From Macrostomum lignano (taxonomy: Eukaryota), in contig NIVC01000036.1 in the NCBI GenBank assembly GCA_002269645.1, positions 248,001 through 312,000 of the forward strand: a stretch of 64,000 nt of DNA, written 5' to 3'. Position numbers and translations under genes: made by a program. The notes beneath the pieces were generated by a model, which was given only the letters and a program-made list of their open reading frames with translations, searched no databases and was not told the DNA's origin. Each line of letters begins with the position of its first letter. Position 1 is the first letter of the stretch. Shown here piece by piece: positions 53,801 through 64,000 of the stretch.

Positions 53801-56800
53801 CTACCCCTCTGAATCTACCCCTCTAAATCTACCCCTCTAAATCTACCCCTCTGAATTTAACCCTCTATATCTACCCTTCTGAAGCTACCCCTCTAAATCT
53901 ACCCCTCTGAATCTATCCGTCTATATCTACCTTTCTGAAGCTACCCCTCTGAATCTACCCCTCTTAATCTATCCCTCTGAATCTACCCCTCTGAATCTAC
54001 TTCTCTAAATCTACCCCTCTGAAACTACTCCTCTGAATCTACCCTTCTGAATCTAATCCTCTGAATCTACCCCTATGAATCTAGCCCTCTGAATCTACCC
54101 CTCTGAATCTACCCTTCTGAATCTACCCCTCCACTCAGTCTTACATCTAGAATTTTAGCAAAGGAGCTAATGAACCCCCATCCCACTCCATCCCAGGGCA
54201 ACAGTGTTGCAAACGATTTCGAAATGCTTGCTCAAACAATTGGAGCTGGTCGGGAATTTCGCTGCCTTCACGACGGAGTCCTGCCCTCGCACGATCTGAT
54301 TGGCCAGAGAATGGAGCAGCGACGCGACCCCATGGCCCAGGTAGTTGAGTACATGGAGCGGTTTCAGCTCAGGCCGTTGGAACTGCTCAGGACGTTTGAT
54401 AAAAGTGTTATGCTGCAGATGGGAAAGGGCCAGTTCACGGCCAGGCTGCAGGTGAGGAAGTCAGGGTGTCAGTTGTTTTACTGGGGTGTGTTACCTGTTA
54501 GACTGTTGTGTTACCTGTTAGACTGTTGTGTTACCTGTTAGACTGTTTTTTACCAGTTAGACTGTTGTGTTACCTGTTAGACTGATGTGTTACCTGCTAG
54601 ACTGATGTGTTACCTGCTAGACTGATGTGTTACCTGTTAGACTGATGTGTTACCTGTTAGACTGATGTGTTACCTGTTAGACTGATGTGTTACCTGTTAG
54701 ACTGATGTGTTACCTGTTAGACTGTTGTGTTACCTGTTAGACTGATGTGTTACCTGTTAGACTGATGTGTTACCTGTTAGACTGATGTGTTACCTGTTGG
54801 ACTGTTGTTTTACCAGTTTGTTAGACTGTTGTGTTACCTGTTAGACTGTTGTGTTACCTGTTAGACTGTTGCGTTACCTGTTAGACTGTTGTGTTACCTG
54901 TTAGACTGTTGTGTTACCTGTTGGACTGTTGTTTTACCAGTTTGTTAGACTGTTGTGTTACCTGTTAGACTGTTGTGTTACCTGTTAGACTGTTGTGTTA
55001 CCTGTTGGACTGTTGTTTTACCAGTTTGTTAGACTGTTGTGTTACCTGTTAGACTGTTGCGTTACCTGTTAGACTGTTGTGTTACCTGTTAGACTGTTGT
55101 GTTACCTGTTGGACTGTTGTTTTACCAGTTTGTTAGACTGTTGTGTTACCTGTTAGACTGTTGTGTTACCTGTTAGACTGTTGCGTTACCTGTTAGACTG
55201 TTGTGTTACCTGTTAGACTGTTGTGTTACGTGTTGGACTGTTGTTTTACCAGTTTGTTAGACCGTTGTGTTACCTGTTAGACTGTTGTGTTACCTGTTAG
55301 ACTGTTGTGTTACCTGTTGGACTGTTGTTTTACCAGTTTGTTAGACTGTTGTGTTACCTGTTAGACTGTTGTGTTACCTGTTAGACTGTTGTGTTACCTG
55401 TTAGACTGTTGTGTTACCTGTTAGACTGTTGTGTTACCTGTTAGACTGTTGTGTTACCTGTTGGACTGTTGTTTTACCAGTTTGTTAGACTGTTGTGTTA
55501 CCTGTTAGACTGTTGTGTTACCTGTTAGACTGTTGTGTTACCTGTTGGACTGTTGTTTTACCAGTTTGTTAGACTGTTGTGTTACCTGTTAGACTGTTGT
55601 GTTACCTGTTAGACTGTTGTGTTACCTGTTGGACTGTTGTTTTACCAGTTTGTTAGACTGTTGTGTTACCTGTTAGACTGTTGCGTTACCTGTTAGACTG
55701 TTGTGTTACCTGTTAGACTGTTGTGTTACCTGTTGGACTGTTGTTTTACCAGTTTGTTAGACTGTTGTGTTACCTGTTAGACTGTTGTGTTACCTGTTAG
55801 ACTGTTGCGTTACCTGTTAGACTGTTGTGTTACCTGTTAGACTGTTGTGTTACGTGTTGGACTGTTGTTTTACCAGTTTGTTAGACCGTTGTGTTACCTG
55901 TTAGACTGTTGTGTTACCTGTTAGACTGTTGTGTTACCTGTTGGACTGTTGTTTTACCAGTTTGTTAGACTGTTGTGTTACCTGTTAGACTGTTGTGTTA
56001 CCTGTTAGACTGTTGTGTTACCTGTTAGACTGTTGTGTTACCTGTTAGACTGTTGTGTTACCTGTTAGACTGTTGTGTTACCTGTTGGACTGTTGTTTTA
56101 CCAGTTTGTTAGACTGTTGTGTTACCTGTTAGACTGTTGTGTTACCTGTTAGACTGTTGTGTTACCTGTTGGACTGTTGTTTTACCAGTTTGTTAGACTG
56201 TTGTGTTACCTGTTAGACTGTTGTGTTACCTGTTAGACTGTTGTGTTACCTGTTAAACTGTTTATTACCTTTTAGACTGGGGCGTCACTTAATCCAAATA
56301 AATTACCTATGATGATTTCCAATTCAAAATTCAGGTTATTTTTGCAACAATTGCAGAAAGCAGGAATTAAACTCAAAGAGAATGAGGTGGAGGAGCTAAT
56401 CTACCAGCTGAAGAAGGGCGGAGAAGGTCGCAACAAAGAAGAGAAGCTGAAGGGCGACATCAACTACAAGTGAGATGGGCTAGCAATCTACATATATTAT
56501 AATACTTCATCTATGATCAAACTATGCTCATAGATTACCAATCCAGTTGCTGCGGATGACAACAGTGAAGTTTCGAGTTTGAGAAGTTTCGAGTTTGAGA
56601 AGTTTCGAGCTTGAGAAGTTTCGAGTTTGAGAAGTTTTGAGTTTGAGAAGTTTCGAGTTTGAGAAGTTTCGAGTTTGAGAAATTTCGAGCTTGAGAAGTT
56701 TTGAGTTTGAGAAATTTCGAGCTTGAGAAGTTTTGAGCTTGAGAAGTTTCGAGTTTGAGAAGTTTCGAGCTTGAGTCATAGCAACAGCAACTCAATCCCC

Positions 56801-57183
56801 AATCCCAATCCAGGAAGTTCAGCGAAGGCTTTCGCGACCAGCGTCGCAAGGAGCGGATGATGAAGATCCAGGAGCGCAACCTGCAGCAGAGGCTGAAGTC
56901 ATATCACAATGACATCCTGACTGAGGGCGCACCGAGGCAGAGAGTCAGCGAAGAACTCGGCACGGTGTCACTGGCCGATGTCTTCTTCGGGCGTCGGGCC
57001 ACCGACTCGGGAGTTGTGGCTGCTCCTGTAGATGCTGCACCTCCGGCACCGCCCGCACTGCTGAAGCCGCTATCGGTGGAGACTCCGCTCGGCAATAAGA
57101 AGTCGCCAACGCCAGCCAAAGGCCGCAAGCACCATGCCAAGAAGCAGTCGAAAAAGAAATCGACTAAGTCGGGCAAGAAGTAG
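41842..57183 (+). CDS. LRRC74: LRRC74-like leucine-rich repeat protein (RI-like LRRs plus C-terminal EF-hand-like region), at least 609 aa. Exons 41842-41968, 42299-42555, 42683-42790, 50677-50770, 52423-52835, 53018-53110, 54197-54451, 56357-56469, 56814-57183; further 5' exons possible (e.g. ~41581-41705)
   Basis: YLETCRE...LSLRNRYMGSKSLRPVSLALRVN (LRRC74-type pre-LRR segment), 28-aa RI-like LRRs (LDISWC, VSLAWNGFGYEGA, LDVSHCRI, GGNPLSTTGC), EF-hand-like KGDINY. All introns are GT-AG with consistent phase and the CDS is 1830 nt. The family name is from memory. Confidence 0.8.
41985..42260 (+). repeat. ~26-bp purine-rich minisatellite (GAGATTGAGAAGGAGAGCGAGGGAG)n
   Basis: Fills the first predicted LRRC74 intron. 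Confidence 0.88.
42820..43230 (+). repeat. 24-bp minisatellite (GTGAGGTGGGTGAGAGAGACGGGA)n, left half
   Basis: The same array resumes at 50142 after the transposon. Confidence 0.95.
44616..46351 (-). pseudogene. Transposon-borne DUF4806-like accessory gene with 5 exons (46159-46351, 45676-46061, 45256-45458, 44978-45150, 44616-44833) and two apparent frameshifts
   Basis: N-terminal VLFEDDSVEIVLKEWF...HWPP, then ETSDSD, a coiled coil (LSSQVEKLTAAVERLE), and a C-terminal LPC...SLGGRRLNHLVFNILRLLMTDELAAQMSLRG...KKSFSSL...AVAEHLRHAG resembling DUF4806 as I recall it. Splice sites are canonical. Frame breaks fall at ~45740-45810 and at the exon 3/4 join. Confidence 0.7.
46809..47011. mobile_element. 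203-bp hAT-like MITE nested in the EnSpm-like element
   Basis: TIRs CAGGGGCGGATCTA and TAGACCCGCCACTG; 8-bp TSD CTATGATT/TTATGATT (7 of 8 match). Confidence 0.8.
48113..48334 (-). pseudogene. C-terminal remnant of an EnSpm/CMC-type transposase
   Basis: NSCYLHVRRFCSSEPLYNTPVNSFQTNMISVVSSLSDTHCILGIDELHCKALVIALNGKLVSFPLLHTIGCE*, resembling the ...K(C/A)xxxP...VxxPLLH end of animal EnSpm transposases (recalled, not searched). Confidence 0.6.
48335..49052 (+). repeat. 183-bp tandem repeat x~3.9, apparently identical copies
   Basis: AAATCCGGG starts at 48346, 48529, 48712 and 48895; no continuous ORF found. Confidence 0.97.
50142..50645 (+). repeat. 24-bp minisatellite (GTGAGGTGGGTGAGAGAGACGGGA)n, right half
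   Basis: Same unit and the same variant order as 43070-43230. Confidence 0.95.
50860..52412 (+). repeat. 7-bp satellite (ATCAATC)n
   Basis: Direct; ends about 10 nt before the acceptor at 52422. Confidence 0.97.
52846..53000 (+). repeat. (CACT)n microsatellite
   Basis: Fills most of the 182-nt intron. Confidence 0.95.
53255..54130 (+). repeat. 14-bp minisatellite (CTACCCCTCTGAAT)n
   Basis: Direct. Confidence 0.95.
54485..56270 (+). repeat. 20-bp minisatellite (CCTGTTAGACTGTTGTGTTA)n with a recurring 24-bp variant forming higher-order units
   Basis: Variant GGACTGTTGTTTTACCAGTTTGTT recurs every ~3-7 units. Confidence 0.96.
56565..56775 (+). repeat. 16-bp minisatellite (GAGTTTGAGAAGTTTC)n
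   Basis: Direct. Confidence 0.93.
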
Positions 57184-57469
57184 GCCTTAGCAACTCTTTG
57201 GATTGTTTGATTTTTTTATTATTTATTAGAAAATAAACTGCGCATCGTCTACTGTGAGTAGTTTGTCAGCGCGATGCTTTACTTTTGTATTTCTTAAGAA
57301 TTTGTATAGATTTGATGCTTTATGGCCGTGTTGAGCCGCGAATGTTTTTTGTTATAATTCGATTTTATTACGACCTATTTTCGAAAAAATATATAATTAC
57401 GACTGGAAATATTTTGACATGTCCGCTACTTATCTCCCTCTTATTATATTTATCTTCCGCTACTTACCT

Positions 57470-58030
57470 CTCTCCCTCACCCCTCTCCCCCTCACCCCTC
57501 TCCCCCTCACCCCTCTCCCCCTCACCCCTCTCCCCCTCACGCCTCTCCCCCTCACCCCTCTCCCTCTCACCCCTCTCCCCCTCACCCCTCTCCCCTCACC
57601 TCTCTCCCCTCACCCTCTCCCCCTCACCCCTCTCGCCTCACCCCTCTCCCACTCACCCCTCTCGCCTCACCCCTCTCCCCCTCACCCCTCTCCCCCTCAC
57701 GCCTCTCCCCCTCTCTCCCTCTCTCTCTCCCTCTCCTCCTCACCCCTCTCTCGCCTCACCCCTCTCCCCCTCACCCCTCTCCCCTCACTCCTCTCCCCCT
57801 CACCCCTCTCCCCCTCACCCTCTCCCCCTCACTCCTCTCTCCCTCACCCCTCTACCCGTCACCTCTCTCGCCTCACCCCTCTCCCCTCACCCCTCTCGCC
57901 TCACCCTTCTCCCCCTCACCCCTCTCGCCTCACCCCTCTCCCCCTCACCTCTCTCCCCCTCACCCCTCTCCCCCTCACCCCTCTCCCCCTCTCTCCCTCT
58001 CTCTCTCCTTCTCCTCCTCTCCCCCTCTCT
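57470..58030 (+). repeat. 15-bp C-rich minisatellite (CCCCTCACCCCTCTC)n
   Basis: Direct. Confidence 0.92.
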
Positions 58031-58779
58031 CCCTCGATACAACGATGGTTACATAATTGGGTAGAAAGATAGAGACAGGGGTGGGTGGAAAGCACGTACA
58101 TGCTGTACAATAGCAACCCCCAACCCCGCGCATACAAGTACACTTGCAACTCACTACAACTCTCTCCCTCTCTCCCTCTCCCCCTCTCCCTCTCTCCCTC
58201 TCTCCCTCTCTCCCTCTCTCCCTCTCTCCCTCTCTCCCTCTCTCCCTCTCTCCCTCCCCCCTTCGACCTTCTACCCTCTCTCCCTCTCTCTCTCTTATCA
58301 CTGTCCCTTTTCTCTCTCCGGTGAAGAGAACAGATCAGAAATCCTGTGATTTGAAAGGAACTAAGAGCGTATGACACAGCAGGACTGCCTGCTGCAATAC
58401 ATTTTTGCCCGCAGGCAAAAACTGCTTTCGGGTCTTTTAAGGTTTTTTAAGCTCAGCGCCGCAGAGAGCCAGACTAAGTTAGCGAGAGGTCAGAAAATTT
58501 AATTTGCAAACAAATGAACGCCTAACCTTTATATGCCTGTCTGCACTTCTATTCGGCCTCTCGGTCCAGAGGAACTGTGTTGCTGCGAGTATATGCTGGT
58601 GCTTGCAACTAAACTGAATCTAGTTCTGACCTGGTTGCAGCTCTCATGCCTATCTCATCACTCCCTGCCTTTACTTCTCTATAACTCACTGTCCGCTTCC
58701 TCTCCATCTTCTGGAAATCCCTTCTACACCACCTCTCACTCTGTTAAACTCTACCTCCTCTTATCTCCCAACTTTACTT

Positions 58780-60240
58780 TACACTTCTCCGTCTCCCTCT
58801 CCCTCTCCCTCTCCCTTTCCGCCCCCCTCTCCCTCTCCCTCTCCCTCTCCCTCTCCCTCTCCCTCTCCCCCCTCTCCCTCTCCCTCTCCCCCCTCTCCCT
58901 CTCCCTCTCCCCCTCTCCCTCTCCCTCTCCCTCTCCCTCTCCCTCTCCTCTCCGTCTCCCTCTCCCTCTCCCTCTCCCTCTCCGTCTCCGTCTCCCTCTC
59001 CCTCTCCCTCTCCCTCTCCCTCTCCCTCTCCCTCTCCCTCTCCGTCTCCCTCTCCTCTCCCTCTCCCTCTCCCTCTCCCTCTCCCTCTCCGTCTCCCTCT
59101 TCCTCTCCCTCTCCGTCTCCCTCTCCCTCTCCCTCTCCCTCTCCCTCTCCCTCTCACTCTTCCTCTCCCTCTCCGTCTCCGTCTCCCTCTCCGTCTCCCT
59201 CTCCCTCTCCCTCCCTCTCCCTCTCCCACTCCGTCTCCGTCTCCGTCTCCGTCTCCCTCTCCGTCTCCCTCTCCCTCTCCCTCTCCCTCTCCCTCTCCCT
59301 CTCCCTCTCCCTCTCCGACTCCCTCTCCCTCTCCCTCTCCCTCTCCCTCTCCCTCTCCCTCTCCCTCTCCCTCTCCCTCTCCGTCTCCCTCTTCCTCTCC
59401 CTCTCCGTCTCCCTCTCCCTCTCCCTCTCCCTCTCCTCTCCCTCTCACTCTTCCTCTCCTCTCCGTCTCCGTCTCCCTCTCCGTCTCCGTCTCCCTCTCC
59501 CTCTCCCTCTCCCTCTCCCACTCCGTCTCCGTCTCCGTCTCCGTCTCCCTCTCCGTCTCCCTCTCCCTCTCCCTCTCCCTCTCCCTCTCCGTCTCCGTCT
59601 CCGTCTCCGTCTCCCTCTCCGTCTCCCTCTCCCTCTCCCTCTCCCTCTCCCTCTCCCTCTCCCTCTCCCTCTCCCTCTCCCTCTCCTCTCCCTCTCCCTC
59701 TCCCTCTCCCTCTCCCTCTCCCTCTCCCTCTCCCTCTCCCTCTCCCTCTCCCTCTCCCTCTCCCTCTCCCTCTCCCTCTCCCTCTCCCTCTCCCTCTCCT
59801 CTCTCCCTCTCCCTCTCCCTCTCCCTCTCCCTCTCCCTCTCCCTCTCCCTCTCCCTCCCCTCTCCCTCTCCCTCTCCCTCTCCCTCTCCATCTCCTTCTC
59901 ACTCTCCCTCTCCCTCTCCTTCTCCCTCTCCCTCTCCCTCTCCCTCTCCCTCTCCCTCTCCCTCTCCCTCTCCCTCTCCCTCTCCCTCTCCCTCTCCCTC
60001 TCCCTCTCCCTCTCCCTCTCCCTCTCCCTCTCCCTCTCCCTCTCCTCTCTCCTCTCCCTCTCCCTCTCCCTCTCCCTCTCCCTCTCCCTCTCCCTCTCCC
60101 TCTCCCTCTCCCTCTCCCTCCCCTCTCCCTCTCCCTCTCCCTCTCCCTCTCCCTCTCCCTCTCCCTCTCACTCTCCCTCTCCCTCTCCCTCTCCCTCTCC
60201 CTCTCCCTCTCCCTCTCCCTCTCCCTCTCGCTGTCATTTT
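58780..60240 (+). repeat. (CTCCCT)n-type polypyrimidine/polypurine tract (a shorter related tract lies at 58160-58290)
   Basis: Direct. Confidence 0.95.
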
Positions 60241-60545
60241 CCCTCTCCAACGTATCGGCTACGCAAATTTTTTATTTCATCTTTAAATTCTTCTTTAAAT
60301 TCACACAGCTGCTGATAAAAATACAAAGCAGTTTTGAATCGATTCTTATCAATATACGGGTAATATGCTTCTCAAATATCCTTCACATAAGACGTCAATC
60401 AAACCACAATTGAGCTGTCACCCTCTTTCTCTCTAGCAGACAGGTGCTCAACAATAAGTAGTGGCCACTATTGGGATAATTTCTTCTGCGCTTCCCACTC
60501 CACTAAAATCGCTTCCTCCCCCTACCCCGAAATCCAACCGCGGTC

Positions 60546-60559
60546 GTCTCCATGGCAAC
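60546..60559. promoter_or_regulatory. RFX X-box GTCTCCATGGCAAC
   Basis: Matches the X-box consensus, with a perfect GGCAAC half-site, in a small CpG-containing unique island. Confidence 0.65.
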
Positions 60560-60994
60560 GCGAGTCCATAGTTGAGCACGCTCACCTATTAGCAGCGGTG
60601 GATTATATTTATAGAATTGGTCAGAGATGGACTTTCAGGGTGGGGAAGAGAGAATTATTGACTGACCAAGCCAGCCAACCCAGTGGACTTGGGGTTGAAA
60701 GTAATTCTAAAAGCTGGGAAGGCTGTACAATTTGAGCCAACTCAATAGCTTAGTATAAGGTTGGCTCAATCTAAATCAACTCGCAACTTGAGTACAGTTT
60801 TGAGCCTTTGTGTAGCTTGCTAAACAATTGATTAAGTTTTAAAGAAAAACCTGTAAGCATTGAGACAGTTGCTGTATAGACAAATTTCAAATCCATTCAA
60901 TTGTGAGAAGTTAAAATTGATCGCATTGATCTGTGAGTGAAGTTCTTCATTTTGGTAAGTTTTTCAGTTGAGCATTTGTCAATCATTTGGTGTC

Positions 60995-63150
60995 AGAAGT
61001 GTCTGAACAGTGAGTGTCAGGGGTGTCTGAACAGTGAGTGTCAGGGGTGTCTGAACAGTGAGTGTCAGGGGTGTCTGAACAGTGAGTGTCAGGGGTGTCT
61101 GAACAGTGAGTGTCAGGGGTGTCTGATCAGTGAGTGTCAGGGGTGTCTGAACAGTGAGTGTCAGGGGTGTCTGAACAGTGAGTGTCAGGGGTGTCTGAAC
61201 AGTGAGTGTCAGGGGTGTCTGAACAGTGAGTGTCAGGGGTGTCTGAACAGTGAGTGTCAGGGGTGTCTGAACAGTGAGTGTCAGGGGTGTCTGAACAGTG
61301 AGTGTCAGGGGTGTCTGAACAGTGAGTGTCAGGGGTGTCTGAACAGTGAGTGTCAGGGGTGTCTGAACAGTGAGTGTCAGGGGTGTCTGAACAGTGAGTG
61401 TCAGGGGTGTCTGAATAGTGAGTGTCAGGGGTGTCTGATCAGTGAGTGTCAGGGGTGTCTGAACAGTGAGTGTCAGGGGTGTCTGAACAGTGAGTGTCAG
61501 GGGTCTCTGAACAGTGAGTGTCAGGGGTATCTGATCAGTGAGTGTCAGGGGTGTCTGAACAGTGAGTGTCAGGGGTATCTGATCTGTGAGTGTCAGGGGT
61601 GTCTGAACAGTGAGTGTCAGGGGTGTCTGAACAGTGAGTGTCAGGGGTGTCTGAACAGTGAGTGTCAGGGGTGTCTGAACAGTGAGTGTCAGGGGTATCT
61701 GATCAGTGAGTGTCAGGGGTGTCTGAACAGTGAGTGTTAGGGGTGTCTGAACAGTGAGTGTTAGGGGTGTCTGATCAGTGAGTGTTAGGGGTGTCTGAAC
61801 AGTGAGTGTTAGGGGTATCTGATCAGTGAGTGTTAGGGGTGTCTGATCAGTGAGTGTCAGGGGTGTCTGAACAGTGAGTGTCAGGGGTGTCTGAACAGTG
61901 AGTGTCAGGGGTGTCTGATCAGTGAGTGTCAGGGGTGTCTGAACAGAGAGTGTCAGGGGTGTCTGAACAGTGAGTGTCAAGGGTGTCTGAACAGTGAGTG
62001 TCAGGGGTGTCTGAACAGTGAGTGTCAGGGGTGTCTGAACAGTGAGTGTTAGGGGTGTCTGATCAGTGAGTGTCAGGGGTGTCTGAACAGTGAGTGTCAG
62101 GGGTGTCTGATCAGTGAGTGTCAGGGGTATCTGATCAGTGAGTGTCAGGGGTGTCTGAACAGTGAGTGTCAGGGGTATCTGATCAGTGAGTGTCAGGGGT
62201 GTCTGAACAGTGAGTGTTAGGGGTGTCTGAACAGTGAGTGTTAGGGGTATCTGATCAGTGAGTGTCAGGGGTGTCTGAACAGTGAGTGTTAGGGGTATCT
62301 GATCAGTGAGTGTTAGGGGTGTCTGATCAGTGAGTGTCAGGGGTGTCTGAACAGTGAGTGTCAGGGGTGTCTGAACAGTGAGTGTCAGGGGTGTCTGATC
62401 AGTGAGTGTCAGGGGTGTCTGAACAGAGAGTGTCAGGGGTGTCTGAACAGTGAGTGTCAAGGGTGTCTGAACAGTGAGTGTCAGGGGTGTCTGAACAGTG
62501 AGTGTCAGGGGTGTCTGAACAGTGAGTGTTAGGGGTGTCTGATCAGTGAGTGTCAGGGGTGTCTGAACAGTGAGTGTCAGGGGTGTCTGAACAGTGAGTG
62601 TCAGGGGTGTCTGAACAGTGAGTGTTAGGGGTGTCGGAACAGTGAGTGTCAGGGGTATCTGATCAGTGAGTGTCAGGGGTGTCTGAACAGTGAGTGTCAG
62701 GGGTGTCTGATCAGTGAGTGTTAGGGGTGTCGGAACAGTGAGTGTCAGGGGTATCTGATCAGTGAGTGTCAGGGGTGTCTGAACAGTGAGTGTTAGGGGT
62801 GTCTGATCAGTGAGTGTCAGGGGTGTCTGGAGTGTCAGGGGTGTCTGATCAGTGAGTGTTAGGGGTGTCGGAACAGTGAGTGTCAGGGGTATCTGATCAG
62901 TGAGTGTCAGGGGTGTCTGATCAGTGAGTGTTAGGGGTGTCGGAACAGTGAGTGTCAGGGGTATCTGATCAGTGAGTGTCAGGGGTGTCTGATCAGTGAG
63001 TGTTAGGGGTGTCGGAACAGTGAGTGTCAGGGGTATCTGATCAGTGAGTGTCAGGGGTGTCTGAACAGTGAGTTTTAGGGGTGTCTGATCAGTGAGTGTC
63101 AGGGGTGTCTGGAGTGTCAGGGGTGTCTGATCAGTGAGTGTTAGGGGTGT
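60995..63150 (+). repeat. 24-bp minisatellite (GTGTCAGGGGTGTCTGAACAGTGA)n, ~90 units
   Basis: Direct; source of the CLNSECQG/TPLTLTVQ ORFs. Confidence 0.98.
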
Positions 63151-63525
63151 ATAAACTGCAGTAGAGTTTATAAATGTTTATAAATTATACTGCTTAAAAT
63201 AGTACTTGATCTGAATGCCGATTGCTGAATGCAGAAGGGCAATATTTGCTGTGAGAACAGGCCCCAGTGTGGGAAATGGACGAGGCCGTTGAGCATGGAT
63301 TTTGACCGTCGCGCTGAAGAAAAAACCAACAAGGAAATTTGAGCAAAGTTTGAATGAAATGGAGACGAAAATGGGAGCAAAAAGCTTTAGTTGATTCCCA
63401 GTACTCATGGAGACTCATACAGGCACAAGGGCAATCTGCGAACTCTGCGAAATTGATGAGAAAATATCAGCCCTATAGGGAGACCTGGACCGTAGAAAGA
63501 CAGACTAAGCATTAAATCTGGATAG

Positions 63526-64000
<475 letters not shown>

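Noticed and set aside
58533-62460. 626-aa, 499-aa, 493-aa and 267-aa ORFs (LPLP, RGRG, TPLTL, CLNSECQG)
   Set aside because: Translations of simple repeats and minisatellites
63170-63460. Possible minus-strand terminal exon after TTTCGCAG|
   Set aside because: Two frames are open for ~75 codons but neither is recognisable, and any upstream exons would lie outside the window

Overview
This is intron-containing animal genomic DNA with GC-rich exons and very large intronic minisatellites. The style suggests an invertebrate such as the flatworm Macrostomum lignano, but that is an inference and cannot be verified here. Six host genes can be assembled by hand. On the minus strand: an orphan polyQ/acidic gene (~72-14424), an SLC16/MCT transporter (15192-19619, 5 exons), an intronless mitochondrial ATPase inhibitor IF1 (25743-26135) and a complete GRK2/beta-ARK kinase (29834-39212, 7 exons). 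On the plus strand: a Dmrt93B-type DM+DMA transcription factor (21611-22704) and an LRRC74-like LRR/EF-hand gene (~41842-57183, at least 9 exons). The most notable accessory feature is a 6.9-kb CMC/EnSpm-like DNA transposon (43231-50141) inserted into an intronic minisatellite of the LRRC74-like gene. It has lost almost all of its transposase but keeps a 5-exon DUF4806-like accessory gene, a nested hAT-like MITE and a 183-bp tandem repeat. Also present: two CORE-type tRNA-SINEs, Kolobok-like, MULE-like and foldback-like MITEs, two RFX X-boxes, and about 25 tandem arrays including a 9.4-kb 24-bp array. Most long ORFs in the supplied track are repeat artefacts. All exon coordinates were derived by eye from GT-AG sites and frame continuity; no database search was run.
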